From positions 1 through 57,359 of the IMG/VR virus record IMGVR_UViG_3300011429_000011: a DNA stretch of 57,359 bases; one strand, written 5' to 3'. This DNA is from a virus. Positions within the stretch are counted from its first letter, which is position 1. Each line of letters starts with the position of its first letter. This document shows, piece by piece, positions 18,671-27,791 of this stretch. The position numbers and the translations under genes were made by a program. A model generated the notes under the pieces. That model was not told where the DNA came from. It ran no database searches and saw only the letters and a program-made list of their open reading frames with translations.

Positions 18671-18827
18671 TCAACGCTCCCTTATCTGAACGGAATTTCC
18701 AGCAACGACCTTTGCATTCTGGACACGGATCATCTGCAAGCCGCTTCCCGGGACTTGAGCCTGTATCCCAAAATCGGTGTAAGCCGCACTTCTCACAGAT
18801 CACCCAAAAACCTGCCGGTCGTTTCAT
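18621..18827 (-). CDS. small zinc-ribbon protein (CEKCG…CPECKGRC)
   Basis: 68 aa with two CxxC pairs. Confidence 0.45.
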   Translation of the reverse strand: MKRPAGFWVICEKCGLHRFWDTGSSPGKRLADDPCPECKGRCWKFRSDKGALIASQYPAPRFERRKFV

Positions 18828-19015
18828 AATCTAAAAGCACTAGGCTTATGCTCTACGCTCCGGCTATTAAGTCGGGCTTTTACCGACGCCTAGTCTGTCC
18901 GGATTGCACAGGCTCCTACGGGAGTCACCCCGCTTGCCACTCATCCTGGAGCTCAAGACTGGCGGTCGACTAGCCGCCGACCTTATCGACGTGTCGCATC
19001 GCCCGGTGGCAATCT

Positions 19016-19657
19016 CTATTTCGTATACACGACTTTCACTCGCGCTGTGAGTTCCACGCCTGCTGGTGGCTCCTCACCTTTCAACAGCAATTCCTTCGCG
19101 ATCGCATTCACAGTCTGCCACGGCAGCGCCAACGAATCCTCGAGCCCATTCTCGACCGCCCAGATGCGATTTGCCCGTTTGTCGTTGACTGTGGCGTGAG
19201 GCTCGTATTGCGTGCGGACCGAACCGCCATCCTCGAGCGCGATGTTGGTCGTGCCTTCAGCTTCGTACTGCTCCGCCAGAACTTGCTTGTAGGCCTCTTC
19301 GACCACATTCGTGATCTTTTCTTGCGCTTCGAGAGCGGCCTTGACCACGCGGACGTTCCGATATCGACGGGCGAAGGTTGAGGCGTAACGCTGGCCGTCA
19401 ACAGTGCAGATGAGTGCGTCGTTGATCACCTTCAGAAGCGCTGTCACTTCGAGGAGCAAATCGTCAAGCGCGTCCATGCTCAACTCTTTATCGGAGCTGG
19501 CTGTGAACTCTTCGGTGAATGGGCCAGGATCGTTCTGAGCCCTCGGTTCGAGGATTGCAGCCTTGACGCCATTGACCTTCGCCTGAAAATCTGGCTCTGT
19601 CCCGAGGGACCGTGGAAGAAGATCAATTACGTGTGCGTATTTGCCCTTTTTTCCCAT
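19016..19657 (-). CDS. hypothetical protein
   Basis: 213 aa, RBS GAGGAG. It lies ~35 nt downstream of promoter P2. Confidence 0.5.
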   Translation of the reverse strand: MGKKGKYAHVIDLLPRSLGTEPDFQAKVNGVKAAILEPRAQNDPGPFTEEFTASSDKELSMDALDDLLLEVTALLKVINDALICTVDGQRYASTFARRYRNVRVVKAALEAQEKITNVVEEAYKQVLAEQYEAEGTTNIALEDGGSVRTQYEPHATVNDKRANRIWAVENGLEDSLALPWQTVNAIAKELLLKGEEPPAGVELTARVKVVYTK

Positions 19658-19694
19658 CAGCTCCTCTGCTGCTAGTGAACGGCCAGTATACCAC

Positions 19695-19723
19695 GTTTAA
19701 AACGTTGACGCAAGTCAGTTACG
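19695..19723 (-). promoter_or_regulatory. conserved phage promoter P2 (TTGCGT-17-TATACT, CAACGTTTTAAACGTGG spacer)
   Basis: Same motif family as P1. The palindromic core here is ACGTTTTAAACGT. Confidence 0.6.
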
Positions 19724-21038
19724 CTGTCATCAGAATTGTTCTTGGTGGATAAATGATACCGTTCGGATTGTTCGGCACCGTGCGGAGCACGCCATTCATC
19801 GTCCATGTATAGCCTGGACTATATTTTGCGAGCGTCGGCATTCCAGGCGCTGCGTCTGGGCATTTCATGCCGTATGCGCCTTCGTAGAATGTGTTGCCAT
19901 CGATGATCATATTGGACCACAGATCCGCTTCACCATCGAAGTCGAAGAAAGAATGGATGCTCGTACCGGAAAACCTGTTCCGCAGGATCCGTAGGCCGGA
20001 GAATCCACGCGCAAACTGGAACGTTCGCTGATTCGCGCCCCACTCTGGACTGATATCCTCGAACAGATTGTCCTCAAATGAGACGTTGGACATCGGCACT
20101 GATGCCGCACCTACTCGATAATCTCGTGCGTCCAATTGGACTGCACCAGCCAAGTGACGGAGCATGTTACGTCGAATGATCACGTCCGAAATCGTAGTCT
20201 CGGGCTGGTCCTTGTCCTGATTCTGCACCGTGAGCACGATGCCATAACCGATCTGGCCGTCGACCCACGAATAGTCCAGATTGCAGTCTTCAAGGATAGC
20301 ACCCTTACAATTCTTGAGCTCGTAGAGGTTCTTGCATTTGTATCCTTTTCCGCGCCACTGCAACGGTTTCCGCAGCGTGGACTTCCGGACCACCACGTTC
20401 GATGGAATATCCGCTGCTACCGGGCATCCACCTCCACCGATGAGTATGTTCTCACTCGCGCTTTCCAGCACGCAACGCTCAATGAGAACATCGTGTAGAC
20501 CCGACCATCCACCGACGGCTTGCGTCTCTTGTCCGACACCAAAGATGTCTAGCACGCTGCTATCGCTCATACGGAAGCCGGTGCTCCGCAGCCACACGCC
20601 ACGTCTCTGACCACTCATACTCCCTTGCAAGACACCGCCCTGCAACACAAGACGAGGACCAGTGGCCATCAATGCTCGCTCGGGACGTTTACCGCGCACC
20701 GCGTAGCCAATCAGCTTCACGTCTGGCGCTTGGACATCCACCTGTCCATAGATCGCTGGCCCGATGATCGTCACAGGTTTGGAGATCACTAGGTCCTCTT
20801 CACCAGTGTCTGTTAGCACCTCAGGTGACACAACGATCGTTGCTGGGACCGGGGCTTGCTCGAGAGTCGACAGCAAGGAGCCACCTGCTTCGATCATAAT
20901 GACCGGCGCTGAGCCTCCAGCACCGGCAGTCGCTTGTGCCTGCTGTTGCAGTGCAATGGACTGATCTTGTAGATCTTGCGCTTGTCTGACTTTCGCGATG
21001 GATTCATCGAGTAAGGCTCGAACGTCGGTGCTGCTCAT
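19719..21038 (-). CDS. right-handed parallel beta-helix (pectate-lyase-fold) protein with N-terminal coiled coil; depolymerase/tailspike-like
   Basis: 439 aa. Repeated beta-helix rungs: …ENILIGGGGCPVAADIPSNVVVRKSTL…NLYELKNCKGAILEDCNLDYSW…VIIRRNMLRH…. Confidence 0.5.
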   Translation of the reverse strand: MSSTDVRALLDESIAKVRQAQDLQDQSIALQQQAQATAGAGGSAPVIMIEAGGSLLSTLEQAPVPATIVVSPEVLTDTGEEDLVISKPVTIIGPAIYGQVDVQAPDVKLIGYAVRGKRPERALMATGPRLVLQGGVLQGSMSGQRRGVWLRSTGFRMSDSSVLDIFGVGQETQAVGGWSGLHDVLIERCVLESASENILIGGGGCPVAADIPSNVVVRKSTLRKPLQWRGKGYKCKNLYELKNCKGAILEDCNLDYSWVDGQIGYGIVLTVQNQDKDQPETTISDVIIRRNMLRHLAGAVQLDARDYRVGAASVPMSNVSFEDNLFEDISPEWGANQRTFQFARGFSGLRILRNRFSGTSIHSFFDFDGEADLWSNMIIDGNTFYEGAYGMKCPDAAPGMPTLAKYSPGYTWTMNGVLRTVPNNPNGIIYPPRTILMTA

Positions 21039-21333
21039 GAACTACTCCTTGTTGATTTCGTCGACGTTTGTCTTCGTATCGTAGATGATCTGTTCGATCT
21101 TTTGACGAAGAACAGGAATGCCATGCTCCTGAAGATTCAAGCCGAGTGTCACTGTTCGCCATGAGTAGCCGCTTGCCATCAGTGTCGTAGTTGGTCAGAT
21201 AACAATACGCTTGCTTGCCCATCAGCGGATCGCCATCAATCTGACTGAATTTCCAGCCGGAGATCTCAGCCCATTTCTCGACATCTTCGGCCTTGTCACG
21301 CGGCATGGTGATGTGTGCTTCGAATTTAGACAT
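21004..21333 (-). CDS. hypothetical protein (start MSKFEAHIT at 21333)
   Basis: Its start overlaps the stop of the small upstream ORF (ATGTCTAA). The C-terminus overlaps the next gene. Confidence 0.35.
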   Translation of the reverse strand: MSKFEAHITMPRDKAEDVEKWAEISGWKFSQIDGDPLMGKQAYCYLTNYDTDGKRLLMANSDTRLESSGAWHSCSSSKDRTDHLRYEDKRRRNQQGVVHEQHRRSSLTR

Positions 21334-21502
21334 GGATCCTCTTTCTCTCTTTTGCTGCACGGATCAACATCCGTTTCGCATGGTCCTCGCGTTCCCACTT
21401 GTGATAGAACTCGCGGGTCTGCGTCTTCTTCGCCATCCGTGCAGCACGGCGGGCAAGTTGATTCTTGGTCCAACGACGCTTCAAGGACTTGAGCTGTGCC
21501 AC
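21323..21502 (-). CDS. small basic protein (59 aa), not in the ORF track
   Basis: GTG start 5 nt after AGGAGG. K/R-rich. Translationally coupled to the downstream gene. Confidence 0.35.
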
Positions 21503-21510
21503 GAATCCTC

Positions 21511-22002
21511 CTAGATTTCTTCTTGTTCGTTATGTCGTGTGATGATTGTCACATAAAGCAACTTCTGGACATCGACGATGATGGTATCGCCAGTCTCGCC
21601 AGGATTCGCGACCCAGAGCGTGGTGCCCAATGTGATTGATCGACCATTCCCACCCTTCCATCCCTCGAATACATGACCGAGGGTTTTCTGGAAATGTTCG
21701 AGGAGTTCGCGAACCTTCGGATAGCTGTATTGACCTGAGCCATGCATCCGACCACATTCGTCGTAGCCGAGGGCGGCGTCCTCGTAATAGCCGCGATAGG
21801 ATTCCAATGTGGTCGGACCAAAGTGGACGAAGTCAAACTTCACCTCTTCATCCTGATCCATTCGTTGCAGCCTTGCCATGAAGTCGCCGACTTTCAATCC
21901 ATTGTTAATCATATCATCTCCCCAACTTCCGGAGTGATCCTCCGCTATAGTAATGTTGAAACCATCGGTCTGCAGTTTCCTCATGCATCTTGCGCATGGC
22001 AT
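21511..22002 (-). CDS. hypothetical protein
   Basis: 163-aa ORF. Confidence 0.5.
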   Translation of the reverse strand: MPCARCMRKLQTDGFNITIAEDHSGSWGDDMINNGLKVGDFMARLQRMDQDEEVKFDFVHFGPTTLESYRGYYEDAALGYDECGRMHGSGQYSYPKVRELLEHFQKTLGHVFEGWKGGNGRSITLGTTLWVANPGETGDTIIVDVQKLLYVTIITRHNEQEEI

Positions 22003-22192
22003 CGAGCGTTAATGTGCGACTGACGAAAAACTCCGGGTCATGATCATCAAATGTCGGGCTGCTGTAACGACCACGACCAGAATTGAAAATTCGTGAAGCC
22101 ATGCACACGCCGCGGCCGATCGGATTCGAAAGTTTGGCGGATGCGGCTATTAGAACACAGAATTCAATCAATTGCTCTTGTGTCTTAGTCAT
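21914..22192 (-). CDS. hypothetical protein
   Basis: 92-aa ORF. Confidence 0.4.
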   Translation of the reverse strand: MTKTQEQLIEFCVLIAASAKLSNPIGRGVCMASRIFNSGRGRYSSPTFDDHDPEFFVSRTLTLDAMRKMHEETADRWFQHYYSGGSLRKLGR

Positions 22193-22382
22193 GGATCACA
22201 GCCGGATGTTTGAGGCGCTTCCGCGCCTCCTGAATCAAATCCCACGCCTCATCTAAGCGCCGATAGACCGTTTCGTACGGCTCACCGACATGACTGTCGA
22301 TTTCTCCTCTGAGCACCGAGAGACTATGATTGATCACGCCAAGTCGAGTGATAACGGCTCTTGTTTCTTCTGGAGTCATCAT
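22185..22382 (-). CDS. hypothetical small protein
   Basis: 65-aa ORF. Confidence 0.4.
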   Translation of the reverse strand: MMTPEETRAVITRLGVINHSLSVLRGEIDSHVGEPYETVYRRLDEAWDLIQEARKRLKHPAVIHD

Positions 22383-22385
22383 AGC

Positions 22386-22592
22386 TCATTCACTCCTATA
22401 TGAAATTGCGATATATCCATGGGCTTTGAGCCTTTCTTCTTGACGGTAGGCTTTTGACACATAGCCGCCGTTCTCATAAGCCTCAATCAAAGCGAGTTGG
22501 ACTTGATCCGTATATTCACTATGAAGATCTACCAGGACAGTATGGCCCTGCGGCATCTTCTCAAGCTTTTTGATCAATTCTCTGACAGTCAT
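22386..22592 (-). CDS. hypothetical small protein
   Basis: 68-aa ORF. Confidence 0.4.
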   Translation of the reverse strand: MTVRELIKKLEKMPQGHTVLVDLHSEYTDQVQLALIEAYENGGYVSKAYRQEERLKAHGYIAISYRSE

Positions 22593-22604
22593 CGGCCTAT
22601 CCTC

Positions 22605-24233
22605 CTATCGTCCAAGATGTTCACCATTGTCGGTAACCCACACGAGCGTCTGCTTCGCGCGGGTGATCGCGACGTATTCGATGTTCTGCTCTTCGATATT
22701 CCAGTTGCGCAGTGTGTCGGCCAAAATGAATACCCGTTTACGTTCCAGACCCTTGGCCTTGTGGACACTACTGCACGTGATCACGCCATCGTCGCCGAGA
22801 TTGTCCTTGTCGACGAACAATCCCTCGATGCGAGTGGTCATTTCATCAATGCTCTTGGCACCTTCCGCGAGCTCGGCCAGCATCTGAGCACGGTCGAGAA
22901 TTTCCTCGATCTTGGACTGGATCATTTTCTTCCGGCCATTGGTCGCCGCTTCCAGTTGGCCAGTCAGACGTTCGGTTTCACGACCGGCCCATCGCTCGAT
23001 ACGCACGAGAAGATCAGGAACGCTGCGTGCCCGGAGCTTGCGGATAAGTCCGACGATTCCCTTGCCAATGTCCTTGCCCTGAACCTTCGTGCGCTTGCCT
23101 GCGCGCAGGAGCTTCATCGCAATTCCAACAATCGGCGCATTCACGCGGGAAAGTACGAAGTCACCGGGGCCAGCGGCTGCAACGAGCGCGCTCGTATGGA
23201 TCTGTTGAATATCACCTTCCGGATTGGATTCGTGAGCGTTGAAGTCGGGTACGAAGCGCTGTGCCAACTCGACGATGACCTTACCACAACGGTAGGTTGT
23301 AGTGAGCTTGAGGACACCCGCGTGAAGTTCCTCCCGCAGACGGTCCATCGAGTTGGAATCTGCACCGCGCCATGCGTAGATGGCTTGTCGAGGATCGCCA
23401 ACTAAGCAGATGCGACCACCAGCCTTCAGGACGCCAAGACAAATCTCGAGCTGCGTAACGGTGAGGTCCTGTGTTTCGTCAACAACGATCAGATCGAACT
23501 GCTTCGTGAGCCAATGGTTGCGCACCGGCAGGAAGATCATATCACTGCCGTCGATGGTTGCACCGTTCTGGATGTTTGCGCCGAGCTCCATGGCTTCAAG
23601 AGCCTTCTGCTCGACGTATTCCAACGGGAAGCCAGAATTCGCCCACTCTTCATCTGGCTCACATTCAAATTGGATCGCGATATTGGTGAGATCCTCAAGC
23701 ACGCGAGCGTGCGGGGCCATTTCGCGACCTTTGGTGTGGAGCGTCGTGATTAGACGCTTGATCGCATCCGGTGCCGTTGCGCCACAGACCTTTTCGGTAA
23801 GCGCATCTGCACGGTCTGAGTTGAACGAAATCTTGATTCCGCTACGATAGCGACTGATGCAGCTCAATCCAACAGAATGGATTGTCTTCGCTTTGATGTG
23901 AGGAGGGGCACCGATTTCTTTCAGCTTGCCTTCCAGGACGAGCTGAATATCTTTGCCGAAGGCAGCAACCCAGATTGACCTCTCTGGTGCGCGCTTTGCG
24001 CCTTCCAAGATGGTCGTGGTTTTGCCAGTGCCAGCGCGGGCGATGACGACGAGATGGCCGTCTGCATCGATCTCGATGTAGTCGGTATCGGGATTCTCGA
24101 ATTCGAGATGCTCTCCGCCGCGTGGCTCGAAAGTAGAGCTCTTCGAGAACCATGCGAAGATTTGCTCTTGCTCGTTTGACCAACTGAATGTTTCGGGCAT
24201 GACCGACTTTCTGCCGGTGCGCCTGAGCGCCAA
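22605..24233 (-). CDS. UvrD/Rep/PcrA-family SF1 DNA helicase
   Basis: Walker A AGTGKTT, motif II VVDETQD, TYRCG, motif VI SVHKAKGLE. Confidence 0.85.
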   Translation of the reverse strand: MALRRTGRKSVMPETFSWSNEQEQIFAWFSKSSTFEPRGGEHLEFENPDTDYIEIDADGHLVVIARAGTGKTTTILEGAKRAPERSIWVAAFGKDIQLVLEGKLKEIGAPPHIKAKTIHSVGLSCISRYRSGIKISFNSDRADALTEKVCGATAPDAIKRLITTLHTKGREMAPHARVLEDLTNIAIQFECEPDEEWANSGFPLEYVEQKALEAMELGANIQNGATIDGSDMIFLPVRNHWLTKQFDLIVVDETQDLTVTQLEICLGVLKAGGRICLVGDPRQAIYAWRGADSNSMDRLREELHAGVLKLTTTYRCGKVIVELAQRFVPDFNAHESNPEGDIQQIHTSALVAAAGPGDFVLSRVNAPIVGIAMKLLRAGKRTKVQGKDIGKGIVGLIRKLRARSVPDLLVRIERWAGRETERLTGQLEAATNGRKKMIQSKIEEILDRAQMLAELAEGAKSIDEMTTRIEGLFVDKDNLGDDGVITCSSVHKAKGLERKRVFILADTLRNWNIEEQNIEYVAITRAKQTLVWVTDNGEHLGR

Positions 24234-24277
24234 GTCCGGACTTTAATATGACGGCGTAACTGCCGCCAACGAAAACA

Positions 24278-24306
24278 ATGATACTACAGTTTAAAACTGA
24301 TTGCAA
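24278..24306 (-). promoter_or_regulatory. conserved phage promoter P3 (TTGCAA-17-TATCAT)
   Basis: - strand: TTGCAA tcagttttaaactgtag TATCAT. The helicase start is ~45 nt downstream. Confidence 0.6.
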
Positions 24307-24315
24307 GCAGAAACT

Positions 24316-24618
24316 TTAGACGTGTATTACGATGCGTTTTTCCAAACCACACTGACAGATTTCATCATGGTTCTGCCAGATATGCCAGGAGCCTAGACCA
24401 TCTTTCTGGATCATGCAAACAAGGGGAACTACAGTGGAAATTGGGGGTTGTTCGGTTGTGACAGAGACTGCATCAACACGGATTGCTTTGACTTTTTCTT
24501 GATAAAGAGCTGGGAACCTCTCAAGTCGTGACTTTAGAACCGCGGTGATCTCTTGGACATCCGCATCGTCCGAAGCACGGACTGTAGCTTGCAATGTGAT
24601 CTCGTGAGTTTTCATCAC
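24316..24618 (-). CDS. hypothetical protein
   Basis: 100-aa ORF. Confidence 0.45.
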   Translation of the reverse strand: MMKTHEITLQATVRASDDADVQEITAVLKSRLERFPALYQEKVKAIRVDAVSVTTEQPPISTVVPLVCMIQKDGLGSWHIWQNHDEICQCGLEKRIVIHV

Positions 24619-26255
24619 TCCTCCGTCAGCGCTTTAATCCACGCTGAACATGTCCAAGACGCCAACTCTTCGTTTGTTCGTCGAGCTTTGGCAATGATAT
24701 GATCAATCGTCTTCTGACCGCGTGGCCCTTCTGCCACGATATCAAATGTGGAAACCGGATAAAGCTGGCCAGGTCGATCAACACGCGCCGCGGATTGTGC
24801 AGCTTTATAATAGCTGTAATCGCAACTCATATTAATGACTGTATGACAAGCCGTAAAATTGAGTCCGAGCGCCCCTGTTCCGTAGGTCCCGCCAACGGTG
24901 ACTGGTCCTGGAGGTGCTGTCTTGGGATTGAGTAAACGGAGAGCATCGGCTCGTTCGAGTTTCTTACCACGACCAAACATGGAGGGTCCAGCACAGCTAC
25001 CCCGCACAATTCCGGGATATCGTGCTGCATGGTCTGTAAAAAATCTTCTAAGTTCTGGGATAAATCGACACCAGACAAGGAGTTTGAGATTTGGATCGTT
25101 TTCAAGCCACTCTTCTTGGAGATCCAGAACAAAATCCAATTTCTCACGGCTCACTTCTTTCGTGGTATATCGAGGAGGTATAATGCCGTCGCTCGCTTCC
25201 AGCTCAGCTTCGGTGGACTCTTCCTCGACACCACCGACGAATCCGGAGGTTAGCTGCGAAAGTCGGAGTGAACGAACCGCGGCCTGTGCTGCAACTGCGA
25301 TCGTATTCTGTGAGAGGAATGCAACCATTTCCTCGCGCATCTCTTTATAGATACGCCAAGTCTCATCACTGAGCGTAACAACTCGCTGAACTGGCGGCAA
25401 CGCTTTTGGATAATCACGAAAAGCATCCTTCTCACGTCGAAGAATGTAGGGTGCCATCCGTCGTTGCATGTCTTCCAGATTTTGATATTGTGTGATCTGC
25501 TTCATCTGCCATCCGCCCATAATTGCATATCTTGCACGATAATGATAGAATGAACGACAGCCCATGATTGTTGGACTGAGGATATCGGCTTGCGTATACA
25601 TGTCCATCGGCTTACCGGGAGTTCCATTGAGCTCTACGACTTGAGAACACAACATGCGTAGAATCTTAGACACTCGGTAGGTCTCAGACTTGTGATTCTT
25701 CAACGCGCTGGATTCGTCGAATACGATCATTGTTCGAGGATTGCAGAGCGTTTTGAGCTCAGCTAATCTCTCTGAACGACGAATGAACTCATAGTTCGTG
25801 ATCACCCAATGTAAGAAGCGGGAGCCCTTCGGTGCATTACCCCAAGCTGAATTCCGCACATGGTATTCGTGAACAAGTTTGTATGGAATTGAATCGAAGG
25901 CATGGAGCGCAATCTCGCCGATATCTCGATCGAACCACACTGGTCGAACTGAGGCCGGGCAAATAATAAGAACACGGTCAATTTTATTAGCGAGAAATAG
26001 GAACTGCGCAGCAATGGCTGTCTGGGCAGATTTCATCCCACCCATCTCATCGCCGATGAAGAAATAAGGATTCGCCAATATTGCGCGAACTCCTATCTTC
26101 GCATGTTCCTTCACTGTGGACCATGTGCCATCTTGTAACAGCACTGGACGACAAAGCGAGAAGTCTGGTGGCGGAGCCAGCTTGACTAACGATTCAGGCA
26201 TCTTTGGGCTTTTCGGGTAGAGATACTTTAGACGGATAAATTCCCAGAAGCGCAT
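24615..26255 (-). CDS. SNF2/RAD54-family helicase-like DNA-dependent ATPase
   Basis: Motif I GDEMGGMKS, motif II VFDESSALKN (DExx-KN), motif VI QSAARVDRPGQ. Confidence 0.8.
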   Translation of the reverse strand: MRFWEFIRLKYLYPKSPKMPESLVKLAPPPDFSLCRPVLLQDGTWSTVKEHAKIGVRAILANPYFFIGDEMGGMKSAQTAIAAQFLFLANKIDRVLIICPASVRPVWFDRDIGEIALHAFDSIPYKLVHEYHVRNSAWGNAPKGSRFLHWVITNYEFIRRSERLAELKTLCNPRTMIVFDESSALKNHKSETYRVSKILRMLCSQVVELNGTPGKPMDMYTQADILSPTIMGCRSFYHYRARYAIMGGWQMKQITQYQNLEDMQRRMAPYILRREKDAFRDYPKALPPVQRVVTLSDETWRIYKEMREEMVAFLSQNTIAVAAQAAVRSLRLSQLTSGFVGGVEEESTEAELEASDGIIPPRYTTKEVSREKLDFVLDLQEEWLENDPNLKLLVWCRFIPELRRFFTDHAARYPGIVRGSCAGPSMFGRGKKLERADALRLLNPKTAPPGPVTVGGTYGTGALGLNFTACHTVINMSCDYSYYKAAQSAARVDRPGQLYPVSTFDIVAEGPRGQKTIDHIIAKARRTNEELASWTCSAWIKALTEE

Positions 26256-27003
26256 CGCCTACAATCTTCTTGACCTCGGGTGCAAAACCACCACCCATGA
26301 TCCATTCGAGATAACCACGCGGGATGTTCTTGAGCACGACGCCATTGTGCTTCCCGAAACTTAATCCAGCCTCACTACCAATCCAGATGATTTTACCATC
26401 TGGGTCAAGTTTGTTTTTGTCAGCAAAGGACAATTGGTGCAAGGAATCAATATCACGGGGCAGGTGCTCGAATCTTTGCAACATTGCAAAGGCGACTTCC
26501 ATTGCATCTCTGGTATCGCCGGCTGCACGATGAGCTTCCGTCGGTTCACGCTTACAGAATTCACGGACCGCATCCGATAGAGTCCGCGGAGCACCGATAT
26601 GCCAGATCCGCAAAGCATCAACCAGTTTAGCAGTTTCAAAAGACCATTTAACTCCGATGCGAAGCATTTCACTGTAGATAACTCGCATGTCGAAACGAAT
26701 GTTGTAACCTCCAAAGTCACAGTCTGTAAATCCTTTCGCGATATTCGCACCTAACTGATCCCACGTTGGCGCATTCGCGACTTCTTTATTAGTAATATGA
26801 TGCGCTTCGGTCGCCGCTGCTGTAATCGGTTTAGGGGGTTTGACCAAAGACCCCCAGACTTTTGGTTCCTTTTGGAGCTCTGCTGGATATAGAACTATGA
26901 AGCTGATATCACAGATATGTAATTGCTCAGGTGGCCCGACGTCGTGTGTTTCAACGTCAGTCCATATTAGTGGCCTTTTTAGCTTGAGCAAGTCTGTAAT
27001 CAT
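26194..27003 (-). CDS. DnaQ-like 3'-5' exonuclease (DEDDh)
   Basis: Exo I WTDVETHD, Exo II YNIRFDMRV, Exo III HRAAGDTRD. Confidence 0.7.
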   Translation of the reverse strand: MITDLLKLKRPLIWTDVETHDVGPPEQLHICDISFIVLYPAELQKEPKVWGSLVKPPKPITAAATEAHHITNKEVANAPTWDQLGANIAKGFTDCDFGGYNIRFDMRVIYSEMLRIGVKWSFETAKLVDALRIWHIGAPRTLSDAVREFCKREPTEAHRAAGDTRDAMEVAFAMLQRFEHLPRDIDSLHQLSFADKNKLDPDGKIIWIGSEAGLSFGKHNGVVLKNIPRGYLEWIMGGGFAPEVKKIVGDALLGIYPSKVSLPEKPKDA

Positions 27004-27247
27004 AGTCCTCTGTCATCGCGAAGAAATCTCGCCACGCTGCTACTTTGTCGCCCTCAGTGATGTCACCACGTTTCTCACGCCAAATACGTTCACGTTCCGC
27101 TGCATGTGGTGATAGTGGAAATAGCGAGATCTTCTTATACAACGAGCGATCAATGCCCAAAGCATCGACACGCGCTGCGCGACGCTTTACAATCTCAGCG
27201 ACGAGCGGTGCATTCAGCATTTCTGCTGTGACGAGTTCGGGCTTCAT
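26957..27247 (-). CDS. hypothetical protein
   Basis: 96-aa ORF. Confidence 0.4.
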   Translation of the reverse strand: MKPELVTAEMLNAPLVAEIVKRRAARVDALGIDRSLYKKISLFPLSPHAAERERIWREKRGDITEGDKVAAWRDFFAMTEDYDYRLAQAKKATNMD

Positions 27248-27248
27248 A

Positions 27249-27791
27249 TCAGTAATTCCTCAGCTCCCAGATGAGAGTATTCCGCCGTGGTATCTTTCCA
27301 AGATCGTATGGGTATGTTGCGAACTCAATCGTGGCGTCTGGGTAAAGATCAAAGAGACATTCAATATCTCCGAAACTGTTTTCGCAACAGAAGCTACGAA
27401 CAATGGTTCTAGTTGATAGTCCTCTGTAGGGTCGCATACAACCTGCTGCCATTGCAGGTCGCATACGAAGACCTGTTCGAATTCCGAGGTATCCTTCCCA
27501 GCCAAAGATTCCTTGACAAATTTCACCTTGTAATTGAACATCGGTATCTGGGGCGGCTTCATCCATGATGAATCGTCGACCAGCATGCGACCAATCGTTG
27601 AATTTTGCGAAGAGATCGCTTCGAGGCACAACTGAATGAAGTCCCCCTCCCGCAATCCCAATTTCCCGAAATCCATAGTATGGACTCTCTGCGTCCCAAG
27701 CGTCTTGGATTGTTCGCCAGTTCCTGAGCGTGTTGCCAAGACAACCTCGCTCCATGAGCTCGTAGAAGTGAGACTTAAACCGAAGTTCCAC
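27249..27791 (-). CDS. hypothetical protein
   Basis: 180 aa. I chose this over the overlapping alternative-frame ORF 27260..27868, which is Ser/Arg low-complexity. Confidence 0.4.
   Translation of the reverse strand: MELRFKSHFYELMERGCLGNTLRNWRTIQDAWDAESPYYGFREIGIAGGGLHSVVPRSDLFAKFNDWSHAGRRFIMDEAAPDTDVQLQGEICQGIFGWEGYLGIRTGLRMRPAMAAGCMRPYRGLSTRTIVRSFCCENSFGDIECLFDLYPDATIEFATYPYDLGKIPRRNTLIWELRNY

Noticed and set aside
18940-18985. Hairpin GGCGG-tcgactag-CCGCC downstream of the 19016 gene as a terminator
   Set aside because: Only a 5-bp stem with no following T-tract on either strand. Too weak to call.
23842-24306. 154-aa ORF overlapping the N-terminus of the UvrD-like helicase and promoter P3
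   Set aside because: Arg-rich alternative frame. It would run through the helicase Walker A region and across the conserved promoter.
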